The notes under the pieces were generated by a model. That model saw nothing but the letters and a program-made list of their open reading frames with translations. It had not been told where the DNA came from and ran no database searches. Positions 11,161 through 26,680 of a stretch of DNA of 64,000 nucleotides are shown here, one piece after another. Positions within the stretch are counted from its first letter, which is position 1. Each line of letters begins with the position of its first letter. The position numbers were made by a program, and so were the translations under genes. Source of the stretch: Tubulanus polymorphus (taxonomy: Eukaryota; Animalia; Nemertea); contig NW_027437454.1 of NCBI RefSeq assembly GCF_964204645.1, positions 38,556-102,555 of the forward strand. The letters are read 5' to 3'.

Positions 11161-13128
11161 GGGACTATTTGCCGGACCGACTGACTGGGTTTTGTAGGAG
11201 GCAGAATGGATCTATAATGACAGACGAAGACATGGCTGATGTTTCTGGATAAACAGTAACTAACAGTTACTGACCACAGATAACAACAACTCGTCTCATG
11301 CCTTCTTTATACGTGATTAGAATGAAATCCATTGCAGAATCGTGTATAGATTAGCTATATATATACACCATCTCTCCCTTCTCTCTCTCTCTCTCTCCTT
11401 CTCTCTCTCCTCTCTCTCCTCTCTTTTCTCTCCCGGTCCAGCTCTCTCCCATTCTCCTCTCTACCGCTACCAACATCCTACCTCTTACCTCCCTCCCTCT
11501 CTCCTCCCTCTCTCTCTCATTCTCCCTCTCCTCTTTTCCCACTCACCCTCTTGCTCTCTCTCCTCTCCTCCCATCCTCTCTCTTCCCTCATTTCTCTCCC
11601 TCCCTCCCCCCTCTCTCTCTCTCTCTCTGCAGCCCCCCTCTCCGACGCCGGGGAGGCACTCAACAGTGTTTTCCCAGTTCAGTCCCATCACTGGTCAATT
11701 ACTGTAAGTGCACTTATACATACACTTACGCACAAAACATACAAATCAACGAAACAAAACCTGAACCATACAACATCTCATCATTCACGACACTTCACTG
11801 TGTTTACCCTGATCATTGTTGGGTTGTTTCTCTGCGAGTCTCTCTTCCACTAATATGGGGTTCAGCATGGATCTAACTGCACTTAGGGTGCACCGAGAAC
11901 CAACGTGCCTTCGCCCCCAACCGATCTCGTCTTCCCCTCACCCACCACGCAGTCTCTTGAAAACCCTCCCGCTCCCTTATTTTCATAGTCTCTTAAACTC
12001 CCCTCAGCCTATACGCTCTCCCCGTCTCAGTCTCCCCTCTCTTTTCTACACCCTCTCCCCACCCTCTGCAACATCTCTCCTCTCTCGCCCTCTCCTCGCT
12101 ATATCAATCACACTCTCTGGTCTTTTGGTCTTTTTCCTATTCTCTCACATACTCGGATATGGCGATGTCCCCCTCCATCTGGGCACGGTCTCCCCTACTT
12201 CTCCTCCCAGCTGGGTGCGGTGCTCTTCCTCCCCCCATCCGGGCACGGTCCCCCCCTCCCCAGGTGCTGTGCTGCAAATATTAATACATCCTCCCCAGAG
12301 CGTCCCTCGTCATCTGTCACACGCGCAGACGTCAATAAAACGTTTCGCCAATCTCTCAGATTAATACAACCTTGTGTGTCTTTTTCTATCGCCAGAATCG
12401 AAATCTCGCAACAAGCGAAATCGAAATAAATAAATGAATTTCGTTTTTCATAATACTATACGAAGCGATACAAATCTCTAGCTGTCGTATTCAAATCGGG
12501 GGGATATTCGAAGTATTCCGGCGATGTATTCTGCTGATATTTCTGTTGTATTATTACGATTTTATCTCCGTCATTTCGTCGCTTTGTTCGCCCGATGCCG
12601 CGCCGGATTATGCCGGATACGAACGAATCGACCGGATTACGGCGACTACGAACGAGCGCGCAGTATAAGCCGGTCGACAATGCGCGGCCCTAGTCCGAAT
12701 CGGTGATCCCTTAATCGCAGGCATTTTTACATGTTTGCGTTTTAACATTTATTTAACGATTCTCGGGGCTCAAACCGGATATCCGTTCAACTCGCGCGAG
12801 ATTCTGCGAGAACCACGCAGCCGTCAGTTGCAGTTATGTTTTTATATGTCGTTTCAGGAGAGCGGCGCGGAAAACAATCGAAATGAAATAAATCTAATAA
12901 AAAAGACCCGGTTTATGTATCTGTCTGTCTCTGTCTGGTCTCGTCTGCATCGAGCGAGAAAACGGTTTTTATTCGTTATAGCGATTATCACACGCGACTA
13001 AATGAAATTACGACGAACATTACTCGTCAATTTTCATTTGTTTAATAATCGTCATTTAGAGTGAGATGAGGGAGGGGAGGTGACGGGAGGGGAGTTGCAT
13101 AGAGAAGATAGGAGGGAGAGAGGAGGGA

Positions 13129-13420
<292 letters not shown>

Positions 13421-14372
13421 AGAGAGAGATGAGAGTGAGAAAAGGAGAAGGGAGAAGGAGGGGGAGCTTGGCATAGAGGAGATAAGAGGGAGAGAGTAAG
13501 GAGAGAGGAGGGAGGAAGGGAGAGAGGATGAGAGTGAAATAAGAGGGAGAGAGGAGGGAGAGAGAGACGAGGGAGGGGAAGGTGAAGAGATGGGAAGAGG
13601 GGGAGAGAGGAGGGAGGGAGAGAGATATGATGAGACGGAGAAGGGAGGGAAACCTGGAGGGGAGATAGGGAGCGAGAAGGCAGAGGGAGGTGACGGTTGT
13701 CTATATTTAGTGATTTGAATCCATAAAAATGTCTGCCCAAAGAAAACTTGAAAAGATAGTACTCCTTATTTTGGCAGCCGGAATATTCTTTACATAATCA
13801 ACCTTTCATATTTCATATTCATATTCTGGTCTTCAATCTTTTCAAAATGGAATCTGGTCCATATTGTGTCGCCGGGTTTCCACAGTGGAACTGGGTCCAC
13901 ATTCAGCGATACACCCTATACACATATAGTCTATACACAGACAAACATACTAACACTAAGGTACTCGTGACCTGGTTCTGATGCAGAAGCAAGTTTTAAT
14001 AGATTATCTCAAACGTCGTCACACTGACTGCTGAGCGCAGACGACACACCGGTAACAACCTGGAATCCTAGCTATAATTCAATTCCAAACGCTCAGCTCC
14101 GAATTGCGGAACACGACGCGCGTTGAAGAAACTTAATTAGTTAGCAATTAACGACCACTACACAACGCAGCTTGTCGCGTGCGCGCAACCAACAGAAAAC
14201 GTAAATTAGTTCGGGCGGGTTACGAAATTTACTTGAAAACATTTATTTCTCGGCTTCCGCTGCTGTTCTATTTCGATTAGAATTGGGTCAGCGCTTGGAA
14301 TTGTAACCCTGAGTCGTCGGTTCAAAAATGTCAAATTTCAGATTTATTTACATTTGCACGAGAAGGACAATA

Positions 14373-14700
<328 letters not shown>

Positions 14701-14964
14701 AGGAGTCGGGGAGGAAAAAGAGGAGGTGCTAGTGTATGATTGATTGATGACGTCATAGTGTCTCGGCGGAAGTGGTTGTCGCATCTCGTATTGGTTTTAA
14801 TTAAGAAGCGACTGGTGTAGTCGGAGCTAATATTTGAGTTGATCTCACAAAGCCGCTTCAAGTTTACCGGCTTTGCCAATTAGCTGTGCAAATATACTTT
14901 GAGGCAAATTAAAAACTCAACACCGGCCACACATCAACTTAGTCGTTTGACAACAGTTGTTAGT

Positions 14965-15240
14965 CTGAATTCAGTTCCACAGTTGTGCGTGTTTAATAAG
15001 ACTCCAGTTCTACAGTTATGTGGGTTTAATTTGACTCTGGATCCAGTTCCACAGTTGTGTGGGTTTAATTTGACTCTGAATCCAGTTCCACAGTTGTGTG
15101 GGTTCAATTTGACTCTGAACCCAGTTCCACAGTTGTGTGTGTTTTATTTGACTCTGGATCCAGTTCCACAGTTGTGTGGGTTTAATTTGACCCTAGATCC
15201 AGTTCCACAGTTGTGTGGTTTCAATTTGACTCTGGATCAA
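14965..15240 (+). repeat. 39-bp minisatellite family
   Basis: About 7 tandem units. Confidence 0.88.
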
Positions 15241-15825
15241 ATTTTGACGCATAAACAACTCGAAATCAACATGGATTCCGTTTATTCTATGAATACCAGT
15301 TTTTCATCTTTTTTTTTCTTAAACGGAAAGAATTCCACTGTCAAGTTATTCTATCAAAACAGCTACAGCTACCGAATCAACTCGTGTTGATCGCGTTCAT
15401 CGTCTGAAAATGTCTTCACTTCGAGTACTGGATGTCGTCGAGATTAACACTGCATGGCGCCAAGGCTGGAAATTATTCGAAAGATTCAGATATATGTCTA
15501 CGACATTTCATCAGCGCAGATTTAAAAAAGACCATCCACACTCTGAGACCATAATCATATCGTATACATTATCTGTATAGATGTGTAGGACGTCAGCGGT
15601 GAGTTCAACCCGTCCTTGGTTTAGTGTTACCGGTTAATTTAAGCGCGTCATTCTCGGAATTAACGAGATCTGCCGCTTATGACGAATGTATTTGATTCTT
15701 GTCCTCGAATCTATTTCCATATCTTAGTTTCAGCTAGGAGCAACGCCTAGATCGTGGTACTTGGTTTTAGATACAGAATCTGAACCCATTTCCGCGGTGT
15801 TGTACGAATCTAATTTTGCTCTTGA

Positions 15826-16148
15826 CCCAGTTTCACAATTGTTGGGGTTAAATTTGACTTAATTTGGTTAAATTCGAATCTGGGTCCAGGGTCCACAGTG
15901 GTGCGGGTTTGATTTTACCCTGGGCCCAGATCCACAGTTGTGCGGGTTCATTTCCACTCATACAGGACTCAGATCCACAGTTGTGTGGGTTCATTTCCAC
16001 TCATACAGGACTCAGATCCACAGTTGTGTGGGTTCATTTCCACTCATACAGGACTCAGATCCACAGTTGTGTGGATTTATTCCACTCATACGGGACTCAG
16101 ATCCACAGTTGTGTGGGTTTATTCCACTCATACAGGACTCAGATCCAC
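15826..16148 (+). repeat. 43-bp variant minisatellite (GATCCACAGTTGTGTGGGTTCATTTCCACTCATACAGGACTCA)
   Basis: About 5 tandem units sharing the CCACAGTTGTG core. Confidence 0.85.
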
Positions 16149-16829
16149 GGCGTTGTTAGTGTTGTTAGTACCAGTACAATTCAGTACATTTTCAGGATTA
16201 ATTTGAACTCATGAGATGTCGAACAACTCAACGGAGGCAGTTCAACCTCTTAAAGAGACTTTTTCATCCGTGAACGACATTAAAAACTTAATGCGCCGAA
16301 TAAAAAAATTATCGCCTCGACTTCTGTAAGCGCTTGCGTGCTATAAACAAGAACATTTTATGTAAATTCGTCTCCGCCTGCGTCATGACCGTCATCGATT
16401 TTACTGTTGACCTCGCGCGATTTATTCAAGGTCGCGCGCGTCGACAGGATTGGTTCGACGACGATTGGTTCGAGTGTCCTTCACTTTGCGCGTGTTAGAA
16501 TCGTTGGAACGCGTCTGTTTTACCGGAAAATCACGTTTTCGTCAAAGTGCGAAAAGTGTCTACTTCGCGCCGGCGTTTATCCTCATTTCGGGCGCTTCAG
16601 ACGTCGGAATGAGTTCATTTTAAACTTTTTAAATTGTTTTGTCGGTTGCGTAAAAAAGAACTCCGTCTGAGATATTGAAATCAGTTTCCGAGCCGATCGT
16701 CACGCGATCGTTATCATTTATCGTGCGAAATTAACACGATTATCGTGTCAAGAATAGCAGTCTGTTCGGTTCATAATAGACTTTACAATTTCGAGTGAAT
16801 AACAGAAAATGTTTCATTTCAGCCGTTTT

Positions 16830-17935
16830 CAGAGTCAAATTAAACTGACACAATTATTATTGTGGAACTGATTCAGAGCCAAATTAAACCCACACAACTG
16901 TGGAACTGGATACAGAGTCAAATTAAACTCACACAACTGTGGAACTGGGTTCAGCGACAAATTAAACTCACACAACTGTGGAACTGGATTCAGAGTAATA
17001 TTAAACTGACACAACTGTGGAACTGGATCCAGAGTCAAATTAAACCCACACAACTGTGGAACTGGGTTCAGCGACAAATTAAACTCACACAACTGTGGAA
17101 CTGGGTTCAGCGACAAATTAAACTCACACAACTGTGGAACTGGATTCAGAGTAATATTAAACTGACACAACTGTGGAACTGGATCCAGAGTCAAATTAAA
17201 CCCACACAACTGTGGAACTGTGTTCAGCGACAAATTAAGCTCACACAACTGTGGAACTGGATTCAGAGTAATATTAAACTGACACAGCTGTGGAACTGGG
17301 TTCAGAATCGAATTAAACTGACACAATTGTGGAACTGGATTCAGAGTCAAATTATACTGACACGTCAACCTGTGGAACTGGATTCACAGCCAAATTTAAC
17401 TGACACAGTTAATGGGGAACTAATTCACTGATTCAGAATCAAATTAACCCCACACAACTGTGGAACTGGGTTCTGGATCATATCAAACTCAAACTGTGGG
17501 TTCAGCCATAAATTAGACCCACACAACTGTTCAGAGACGGATAAAACCTGAAGAAATTAGATTCAGAGTCATATCAAACTGATACAACTGTGTGGAACTG
17601 GATCCGGAGTCAAATTAAATCCACACAACTGTGGAACTGGATCCGGAGTCACATTAAATCCACACAACTGTGGAACTGGATTCAGAGTCACATTAAATCC
17701 ACACAACTGTGGAACTGGATCCGGAGTCACATTAAATCCACACAACTGTGGAACTGGATCCAGAGTCACATTAAATCCACACAACTGTGGAACTGGATCC
17801 GGAGTCACATTAAATCCACACAACTGTGGAACTGGATCCAGAGTCACATTAAATCCACACAACTGTGGAACTGGATCCGGAGTCACATTAAATCCACACA
17901 ACTGTGGAACTGGATCCGGATTCACATTAAATCCT
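16830..17935 (-). repeat. 39-bp minisatellite family, long array in reverse orientation
   Basis: CACAACTGTGGAACTGG repeated more than 20 times in two homogenised blocks. Confidence 0.92.
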
Positions 17936-18571
17936 TACAATCAGTTTCTTTTTTACCCGTACTCGAAGTATACACAAATAAAAACGATTGAAAGGTCACG
18001 TGACGTCGTATCCAATTTGACATTTGCGCACAATAAATATTTTGATGCGGTTGTCGGAGCCGGGAGCTAGCTGGGATCATACGAGGACGGTGTGTAGCCG
18101 ATAGGGTATATAGCGGGAGAGAGGGAGGGAGAGAGAGAAGGTCGCGTCGCGTCACCTCTCAACCGCTATTAAACGTTATGAGTGACGTATGTGACGGTGC
18201 AGTAATCGAATGAACCACGTCCACCCTCACTATATATATATACAGTCAGTCCTGCAGCTATTGGTGTTCTGTCTCCCCGTCGCTGACCGTGTTTTTTAGA
18301 GAAAGTTCATACAAAGTGAACCACCTCGAGATCTGGTTGTGGTCGGAAATAGACGATAGACGAGAAAAGGAGATTGACGACACTGACGACAAGACTGAGC
18401 CGAAAAAATACTGTCTGACACAGAATTCACCGACTCGACAGAAGCGTGTAACTTGTTGTAACATTGGGTCAAAAACGCGTTTTTAAGACTAAAATGTCTC
18501 TAGATCGGTTATAGAACTCAAAGATTATCCCGACGCTAGCCTGGAATCTTAGCCTTCATTGATAAAACCAT

Positions 18572-19055
18572 CTATCTTTTCTAGATGGATCGAGTATCAT
18601 AGAGTGATGTCATAAGGGGATTTATGGAGGCAGACATCTTTTCTAGAAGTGTCTATAGATCAAATCGCTAGTAAACAATTTGATGATGTCATAAGGGGAT
18701 TTATGGAGGCAGACATCTTGTCTAGAAGTGTCTATAGATCAAATAACTAGTAAACAATTTGATGATGTCATAAGGAAATTTATGGAGGCAGACATCTTTT
18801 CTAGAAGTGTCTATAGATCGCATCACTAGTAGACAACTTGATGATGTCATAGGGAGACCTATAGAGGCAGACATCTTTTCTGAAGAAGTGTCGATATATA
18901 AAATCGCTAGTAGACATTTTGATGATGTCATAAGGAAGCTTTGTGAAGGCAGCCATCTTTTCAAGTGTTTAATCATCTCTCTTCCGTCTGCGTAGAATCG
19001 ACCGACTCGCTAATAAACAATTTGATGACGTCATAGGGGGATTAACCGAGGCAAT
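18572..19055 (+). repeat. 79-bp satellite (GATGATGTCATAGGGGGATTTATGGAGGCAGACATCTTTTCTAGAAGTGTCTATAGATCAAATCACTAGTAGACAATTT)
   Basis: About 6 units. Degenerate arrays also at about 1-80, 3870-4030, 36100-36495, 38765-39120, 44545-44760 and 45310-45685. Confidence 0.88.
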
Positions 19056-19633
19056 CGTTACTTCTTTACATACAAATTCATTCAGAACAATTTCCACAAC
19101 TACACGCCGTCCTAATCTAGGCATTAAGGTCACTAATCCGGCGCTAGTTCGTATCTCATTAATCCCTGGTATGATCCGCGTAGTGATCGACCGCGCGGGC
19201 GAGGTCTCCCCGCGTCGGACGATGTTCCAAGTTATAATCCATATACGGTATTTAGCGTGTATGGATTGTTGTAACCGAACAGTGCAGAGATCGATTCGGT
19301 ATCGATCATTAAATGGTCATCGATTATTCAAATATGTTATATACCCTAAGAGAAAAGAGAGGGGAGTGCTCTTCCTCACCCCTCTCTCCCTCTTTCCACC
19401 TCTATCTCGACTGTCTTATGATTTTTGAAGACGCAGAAATTCACTGGTCGATTTTCTTGTATTTTTCAGATATTCTAGGATCGTTTAAATCGCCCGAAAA
19501 CAAAACGGTAAGAAAGAAACGATAATCTAATAATCCGTGCATTGAAGATGGTTTTAACTGCTTAATATCTGGCTCGCGACGAAACGGTGACCCCTCGACG
19601 TAAATTGAAAACTGTTCGATGAAATTTGTCCCG

Positions 19634-19764
19634 GGCCCGGTTTCACGAAAAAGTTTAAGCCTAAAACGGTTAAGTTTGAATTGTTGTCCTCATCAAAAAC
19701 ATGAAGTAACCAATGGCAATTATACCAGATATTTGATTTTGACTTTCTTGAGAGAAACTGGCAC
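19634..19764. mobile_element. MITE with related GGCCCGGTTTC TIRs
   Basis: ccg|GGCCCGGTTTCACGAAAAAGT...ACTTTCTTGAGAGAAACTGGCAC|ctg; imperfect TIRs. Confidence 0.5.
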
Positions 19765-20809
19765 CTGGAGTTTAAACCTAAATCTCGAAATCCTCTTTAT
19801 TTACGCCCCGCATAAAATACGAACTACAAAGAAGCTTCGATCGTTACAGAGTATGAGATTAAATGTCTTACAGACACTTCCGTCTCGCAAACGGACGTTG
19901 TGCCGTGCTCCGTATATTTTAGTTTCGCCGGAAAGATATTTTTTTTTGAAATAATAATCAGCAGATGAAATGAATGTAGATCGAATGAGTGGCGCGATCA
20001 CCGGAAATGACGCAGTGGAGACACCGACCGAGCATTTCCGGTCGGGATAATTACGATTAAGCGAGTAATACGAGCTTTAATTGCGTTTACACGACCTGCA
20101 TCTATATACATACTCCACTCTCCTCTCTCTCTCTCCCTCTCCCTCCCTCGCTCTCCGCTCTCCCCTCTCCCCTCTCCCCTCTCTCCTCTCCCTCCCTCGC
20201 TCTCCCCTCTCTCTCTCCCTCTCCCTCTCTCTCCTCTCCCTCTCTCTATCTTCCTCTCTCTCCTCTCCCTCTCTCTCTCTCCATTTCTCTCTCCATCCCT
20301 CTCCCTCACTCCCTCACTCTCTCTCTCTCTCCTCTCCTCTCTCTCCTCTCCCTCCCTCGCTCCCCCTCTCTCCCTCTCTCTCCCCTCTCCCCTTTCTCTC
20401 TCCCTCACTCCCTCTCCCTCTCTCTCTCTCCTTCTCTCTCCTCTCCCTCTCTCTATCTCCATTTCTCTCTCCATCCCTCTCCCTCGCTCCCTCTCTCTCT
20501 CTCTCCTTCTCTCTCCCTCTCCCTCTCCCTCTCCTGGCAGGTGTTTAATTTATTGAGGGTAGAGAAAGAGAAGGCCATCTATCATTTCATCAATTCATCG
20601 CTCGACAAGCTGCGCACAGTAGAGGTTATTATTATATTATAATATAAACCTGCTGATCTATAAACCTACTGACAGTTATAATCCTTACACAACTCACTCG
20701 CAAGATTACCTCAGACAAGACAAATTGTAATCATTAAATTGCACTCAAGCGACTTTGGTAGAAGTTGAAAAGTACATTAAGTTTGTTTGTAGGCAGTCCT
20801 TGGTGTTTA

Positions 20810-21200
20810 TCGGATGTTCTCGCTGTTCGTCGGGAGTTATCGGTGTTTGTCGTGAGTTATCGGTGTTTGTCGGGAGCTCTCGCGGTTTGCCGGGTGTTCT
20901 CGTTGTTTTTCGGAAGCTATCGCTGTTCCGTTGTTTGTCGGGAGCTCTCGGTGTTTGTCGGAAGCTATCGGTGTTTGTCGGAAGCTATCGGTGTTTGTCG
21001 GAAGCTATCGCTGTTCCGTTGTTTGTCGGGAGCTCTCGGTGTTTGTCGGAAGCTATCGGTGTTTGTTGGAAGCTATCTGTGTTTGTCGGAAGCTATCGCT
21101 GTTCCGTTGTTTGTCGGGAGCTCTCGGTGTTTGTCGGAAGCTCTCGGTGTTTGTCGGAAGCTATCGGTGTTTGTCGGAAGCTATCGGTGTTCGGGTGACC
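20810..21200. repeat. 20-bp minisatellite (TCGGTGTTTGTCGGAAGCTA)
   Basis: Tandem copies with variants. Confidence 0.9.
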
Positions 21201-21544
21201 GGGGTGTTTGTCGGGTATTTTCGAGTGTTCTCGTTATCCGCTCGGAAGTTGTGAACGTTTTCTCTATACACGGTCACCGAGGAGTTTAATCGGAGGCTGA
21301 CTTGTTTTTGGACCACTATATCAGGCCGCGGTCGGCTTGACCATGTTTTCATTTGATAAGAGCCCACTTAGCAGCCGTTTATTTAACTAGAAAGTGGTCG
21401 CAAATGTGATTTGCGCCCGTGGTGATAGCCGCTAAACTGTTATATATATATAGCCTGAGTGGTCTGTTAATGCGGTGCTTTCTATGAGGCACATAGAGTC
21501 CTCCTTGACTGTCCCGGCAAATGCTGTTTTTGGTCGTTCAGTAT

Positions 21545-22817
21545 TTCCCCTAATTGTCTTTGAAAATGGTTTACTGTCCCCTGATTGTCAGGAACAGTCT
21601 CTGAAAATGGTTTACTGTCCCCTGATTGACAGGAACAGTCTCTGAAAATGGTTTACTGTCTCCTGATTGTCAGGAACAGTCTCTGAAAATGGTTTACTGT
21701 CCCCTGATTGTCAGGAACAGTCTCTGAAAATGGTTTACTGTCCCCTGATTGTCAGGAACAGTCTCTGAAAATGGTTTACTGTCTCCTGATTGTCAGGGAC
21801 AGTCTCTGAAAATGGTTTACTGTCTCCTGATTGTCAGGAACAGTCTCTGAAAATGGTTTACTGTCCCCTGATTGTCAGGAACAGTCTCTGAAAATGGTTT
21901 ACTGTCCCCTGATTGTCAGGAACAGTCTCTGAAAATGGTTTACTGTCTCCTGATTGTCAGGGACAGTCTCTGAAAATGGTTTACTGTCTCCTGATTGTCA
22001 GGAACAGTCTCTGAAAATGGTTTACTGTCCCCTGATTGTCAGGAACAGTCTCTGAAAATGGTTTACTGTCCCCTGATTGTCAGGAACAGTCTCTGAAAAT
22101 GGTTTACTGTCCCCTGATTGTCAGGAACAGTCTCTGAAAATGGTTTACTGTCCCCTGATTGTTAGGAACAGTCTCTGAAAATGGTTTACTGTCTCCTGAT
22201 TGTCAGGAACAGTCTCTGAAAATGGTTTACTGTCCCCTGATTGTCAGGAACAGTCTCTGAAAATGGTTTACTGTCCCCTGATTGTCAGGAACAGTCTCTG
22301 AAAATGGTTTACTGTCCCCTTATTGTCAGGAACAGTCTCTGAAAATGGTTTACTGACCCCTGATTGTCAGGAACAGTCTCTGAAAATGGTTTACTGTCCC
22401 CTGATTGTCAGGAACAGTCTCTGAAAATGGTTTACTGTCCCCTGATTGTCAGGAACAGTCTCTGAAAATGGTTTACTGTCCCCTGATTGTTAGGAACAGT
22501 CTCTGAAAATGGTTTACTGTCTCCTGATTGTCAGGAACAGTCTCTGAAAATGGTTTACTGTCCCCTGATTGTCAGGAACAGTCTCTGAAAATGGTTTACT
22601 GTCCCCTGATTGTCAGGAACAGTCTCTGAAAATGGTTTACTGTCCCCCGATTGTCAGGAACAGTCTCTGAAAATGGTTTACTGTCCCCTGGTTGTCGGGA
22701 ACAGTCTCTAAAAATGGTTTGTTGTCCTTGAATATCCGGGACAGTCTCTGAAAATGGTATACTCTCCCCTGGTTTTCAGGAACAGTCTCTTAAATGGCGT
22801 TCTGTCCCCTGATTGTC
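21545..22817 (+). repeat. 41-bp satellite (TCCCCTGATTGTCAGGAACAGTCTCTGAAAATGGTTTACTG)
   Basis: About 30 near-identical units. Confidence 0.95.
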
Positions 22818-24469
22818 GTCTCGTACAGATATACACAGAAATGATACCGAAAAAAGTGAGAACCGAAATGCCCGTGACGGTGCAGTTGCTCGCTTGGAAC
22901 ACCCATTCGCGTTATATAATCATCTTGTGGCGACGACGACGTATATTACTACTATACGACTCTCGATACTGAGCGCTAGTAAGACCCCCTTATTAACATA
23001 TAGATCGAACTGAGTGGGAACGCCAGAGCAGACTTTATAGCAGATAAATCGAAAATTAGAATTCAATCACGATGACTTTAGATAATTGCCGTTCGACGTG
23101 TCGACATCGGCTGCCATCGCGCATGCGCATTTTAACGTTCGTCGGCAGACGACACAGTTCAAATCGAGTTTAACGGTCAATTTTATCGATTTCGACAATG
23201 GGTATAACGAGCCCGCTGCATGTTTGAATCGTTCCTTTAATTGGCTAAGCAATTTAAAACAGAGAAGTGACCTTGACCGTCGTTAACGGTTGTTTGCGCA
23301 GCCGACTCTCGTTACGCAGTGGTTTGTTAGAATAACTCAGTGAATGGGAGAGTCCCTCAACGCTTCTGTGGCAATCGGGGATTCCATATGAGAGTGGGAT
23401 AAATCAATTATAAATGTAAACTTTAGCCCATCACTGAGTAGACAGTATTCAATGTATGGCATATAATGGTGGATCTTGCGATACTTTATCGATTTTGGGA
23501 GCCTAGAATTCACGTTCAAAGTAGATCGATTTAAGGAACTATTTTCGACAACATTAGGATTATGATTAGGATGAGGAATTTATTTTCACACTCCGACCAT
23601 TTCTATGGTATATCGGGGAGGGGGGACTTTGAAATATGATATACACAATTATTCACAAAACAACTGGAATTTAAGACTTATAGAAAAGGGACTTTTCTTA
23701 ATAAAATATAACAAAGTTTCTACAATACAGGGAATTGTTGTAGGGATCTTTATAGCTCTAAGCTTATTTCGATGAGTTTATCAAACTGGGTTGTTTAATT
23801 TTTTTTAGAATATGGAGGGAAAGACCTATTTACAATTAATTACATAAATGGTAATAAAAGCTTTTAAAAACTTGATAAACTGATTTTGGACACACGCTCA
23901 TACTCAGATTACGATTACGATTACAAATATTTACAAAACAACACTGAGAAGTGATTAAAATTTAGAGAATGAAAACGTACTGGAGTGCTCGTCACGCCAC
24001 CTGGCGGTATAGCTGTCGTAGCAGTTCTCGCAATCGGGTTGAGGTCGGTGCGCGCCGATTGAGTAGTATTCCATCCGTCTGCTCGACTGACACTGAAACA
24101 CGGTGACCGCCGTCGAGAACTTGTTAATTAGAAAACGGCTCGAATTCGGCGAAGTTTCACGGGTTTTCTAATCGCCTGAAAGTAACGCAACACCGGTGCT
24201 AGTTACCGCGAGCGCCGCGTCAAAAAAAAACTACCCGCATCGAAATAATCAACCTCGCTTACCGCAGTCGACCCTGGTATTAGCAGCCGATCTCGTAGAT
24301 ATAATATCTATAATCGTGTTAGAATTCGTAGATTCTTTTTTTCTGTTAAAAAAAAACTGGGATTTAGATATTTTTGAAGATATTTTGAATTATCATTAAC
24401 GTCGGTAAATTTGACAATAAGATTTTAGAAAAGTTGAATTATTTATTGGCTATGGAGTAAAGGCCAAGC

Positions 24470-24685
24470 TTGTAACTGTGGAATATAGTCCACAACTGTG
24501 GAACTGAACACAGAACCGTGGAACTAGATCCTGAGCTGTTGAACTGAGTCCTGAGTTGCGGAACCTGATCCAGAACTGTGGCACTGGGTCCTGAACTGTG
24601 GAACTGGGTCCTGAACTGTGGAACTGGGTCCTGAACTGTGGAACTGGGTCCTGAACTGTGGAACTGGGTCCTGAACTGTGGAAGT
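24470..24685 (-). repeat. 20-bp repeat GAACTGTGGAACTGGGTCCT
   Basis: Tandem copies matching the MITE end at about 46607-46625. Confidence 0.85.
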
Positions 24686-25094
24686 TGTACCGTGTATAAA
24701 GGCTCTATATGATGATTATTGTACCATTTTGAAAATTATTTCAACTGAGACAAGTTTTTTTAAGTATAGAAATAACCGCTTTATTCTTCGCAGTAGTCTG
24801 TGCTACGTGCGTTCAGTTTCAAGCCGTGCACAGTCAATCAGTCTCATCTCTCTCCCGCACCATGTTTCCTGCCGCCGCTGCCACAACCACCACCGCGGTG
24901 TCTCCCGCGTGGCAGTTTTAGCTAATTAATTATCAGATTTAATGAACCTTCATCAGTTCAATCATGTTGGATTTGCGTTCGCAGATCATATACAAAATCT
25001 CTAATGACAAATAGCGAGTCTCTGTATATGTACATAGCATGTATGGACACATATGAATTTATGAAATACCGAAATAGCTAAAACCACGCCTTTA

Positions 25095-25900
25095 CTCCGC
25101 TACCATAAATCCCCATGTGACGCAATCTAATCACCTACTAGGGATTTGAACTAGAAAAACTTCCAAAAAGGATGTCTGCCTCCATGAATCCCCGTATGAA
25201 ATCATAAAATTATCCCTATAGACACCTCATCAAAAGATGTCTGCCTCCATAAACCCCCCATGAAATCATCAAATTACTTAATACTGATTGGATCTATAGA
25301 CACTTCCAAAAAAGGTGTCTGCCTCCATGAATCCCCCTATGACATCACAAAATATCTAATGATTTTGTATAGATGCTTTTAAAACGGATATCTGCCTTCC
25401 TGGATCCCCCTATTACATCATCAACTTACCTATACTACAGATTGGATTTGATCGATAGACATGTCTGCCTTCATTAATCCCCCTATGACATCATCAAATT
25501 ATCTACTAGTGATTTGATCTATAGACACTTCTAGAAAAGATGTCTGCCTCCATAAATCACCCTATGACATCATTAAATTATCTACTAGTGAATTGATCTA
25601 TAGACGTTTTCTAGAAAAGATATCTGCCTCCAAAAATCACCCTATGACATCATCAAATTGTCTACTAGTGATTTGATCTATAGACACTTCTAGAAAAGAT
25701 GTCTGCCTCCATAAATCACCCTATGACATCATTAAATTATCTACTAGTGATTTGATCTATAGACATTTCTAGAAAAGATGTCTGCCTCCATAAATCACCC
25801 TATGACATCATCAAATTGTCTACTAGTGATTTGATCTATAGACACTTCCAGAAAAGATGTCTGCCTCCATAAATCCCCCTATGAAATCATCAAATCGTCT
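25095..25900 (-). repeat. 79-bp satellite, reverse orientation
   Basis: About 10 units; 79-nt period measured between 25501 and 25580. Confidence 0.9.
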
Positions 25901-26469
25901 ACCTCGTGCAATGGAACTGTTGATCGACTCTGATTCCCGAGTCACGATAGATCGTGATGTCGGAATGTGAGATGTCGTGAACTCGGCTTAAAAAACCATC
26001 GCTGTATAACGACTGTCACAAGGCTTCGTAATACCCATAACGCATGCGACCTCCAGCCACTAGAGAGGGTTTAAAGGCTTCATTCGCCAGCAGATAAAAA
26101 CTATTATCAAAACATTCATTGTGTCTCATCAATGATCCCGGGCTAAAGCAGTCAGTCGGCGTTTCACGTGCAGGTGAACAAACTGCGGAATCTGATTCAA
26201 CAGTCGAATTAAACCCACATAAACTTGGAACTGAATTCAAAGTCAAATTAAGCCCATATAACTTTGGAATTGGATTCAGAGTCTAATTAAACCCACACGA
26301 CAATTAAACCCACGCTCAAATCACCTGTTATGCCGTGGAGCGGTGGGAGTGAATTGATTGAACTAAGTGGAACTGATGGTGGAACCGTAGAACTGAAAGT
26401 TGACTATGGAATTGACTAGTGGAACTATAGTGGATGGATGTGATACTGGTATCGGCGGTGATGCGTCTG

Positions 26470-26680
26470 TGTGATCGCAGATTGATGCATGTGATCACAT
26501 TCTAGTCGTCTTTTGCTGCTAGCGATCACAGATTGATGCATGTGATCACATTCTAGTCGTCTGCTGCTGCTAGCGATCACAGATTGATGCATGTGATCAC
26601 ATTCTAGTCGTCTGCTGCTGCTGCTAGCGATCACAGATTGATGCATGTGATCACATTCTAGTCGTCTGCTGCTGCTAGTG
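26470..26680. repeat. ~50-bp tandem repeat with internal GATCACA/TGTGATC palindrome and variable CTG run
   Basis: 4 units. Confidence 0.85.

Noticed and set aside
14748-14755. TGACGTCA sites as functional CREs
   Set aside because: Many derive from the 79-bp satellite consensus (GATGAYGTCATAG), so they are not independent evidence.
21545-22817. CRISPR-like appearance of regular 39-47 bp arrays
   Set aside because: Units are contiguous with no unique spacers, there are no cas genes, and the context is eukaryotic; these are satellites.
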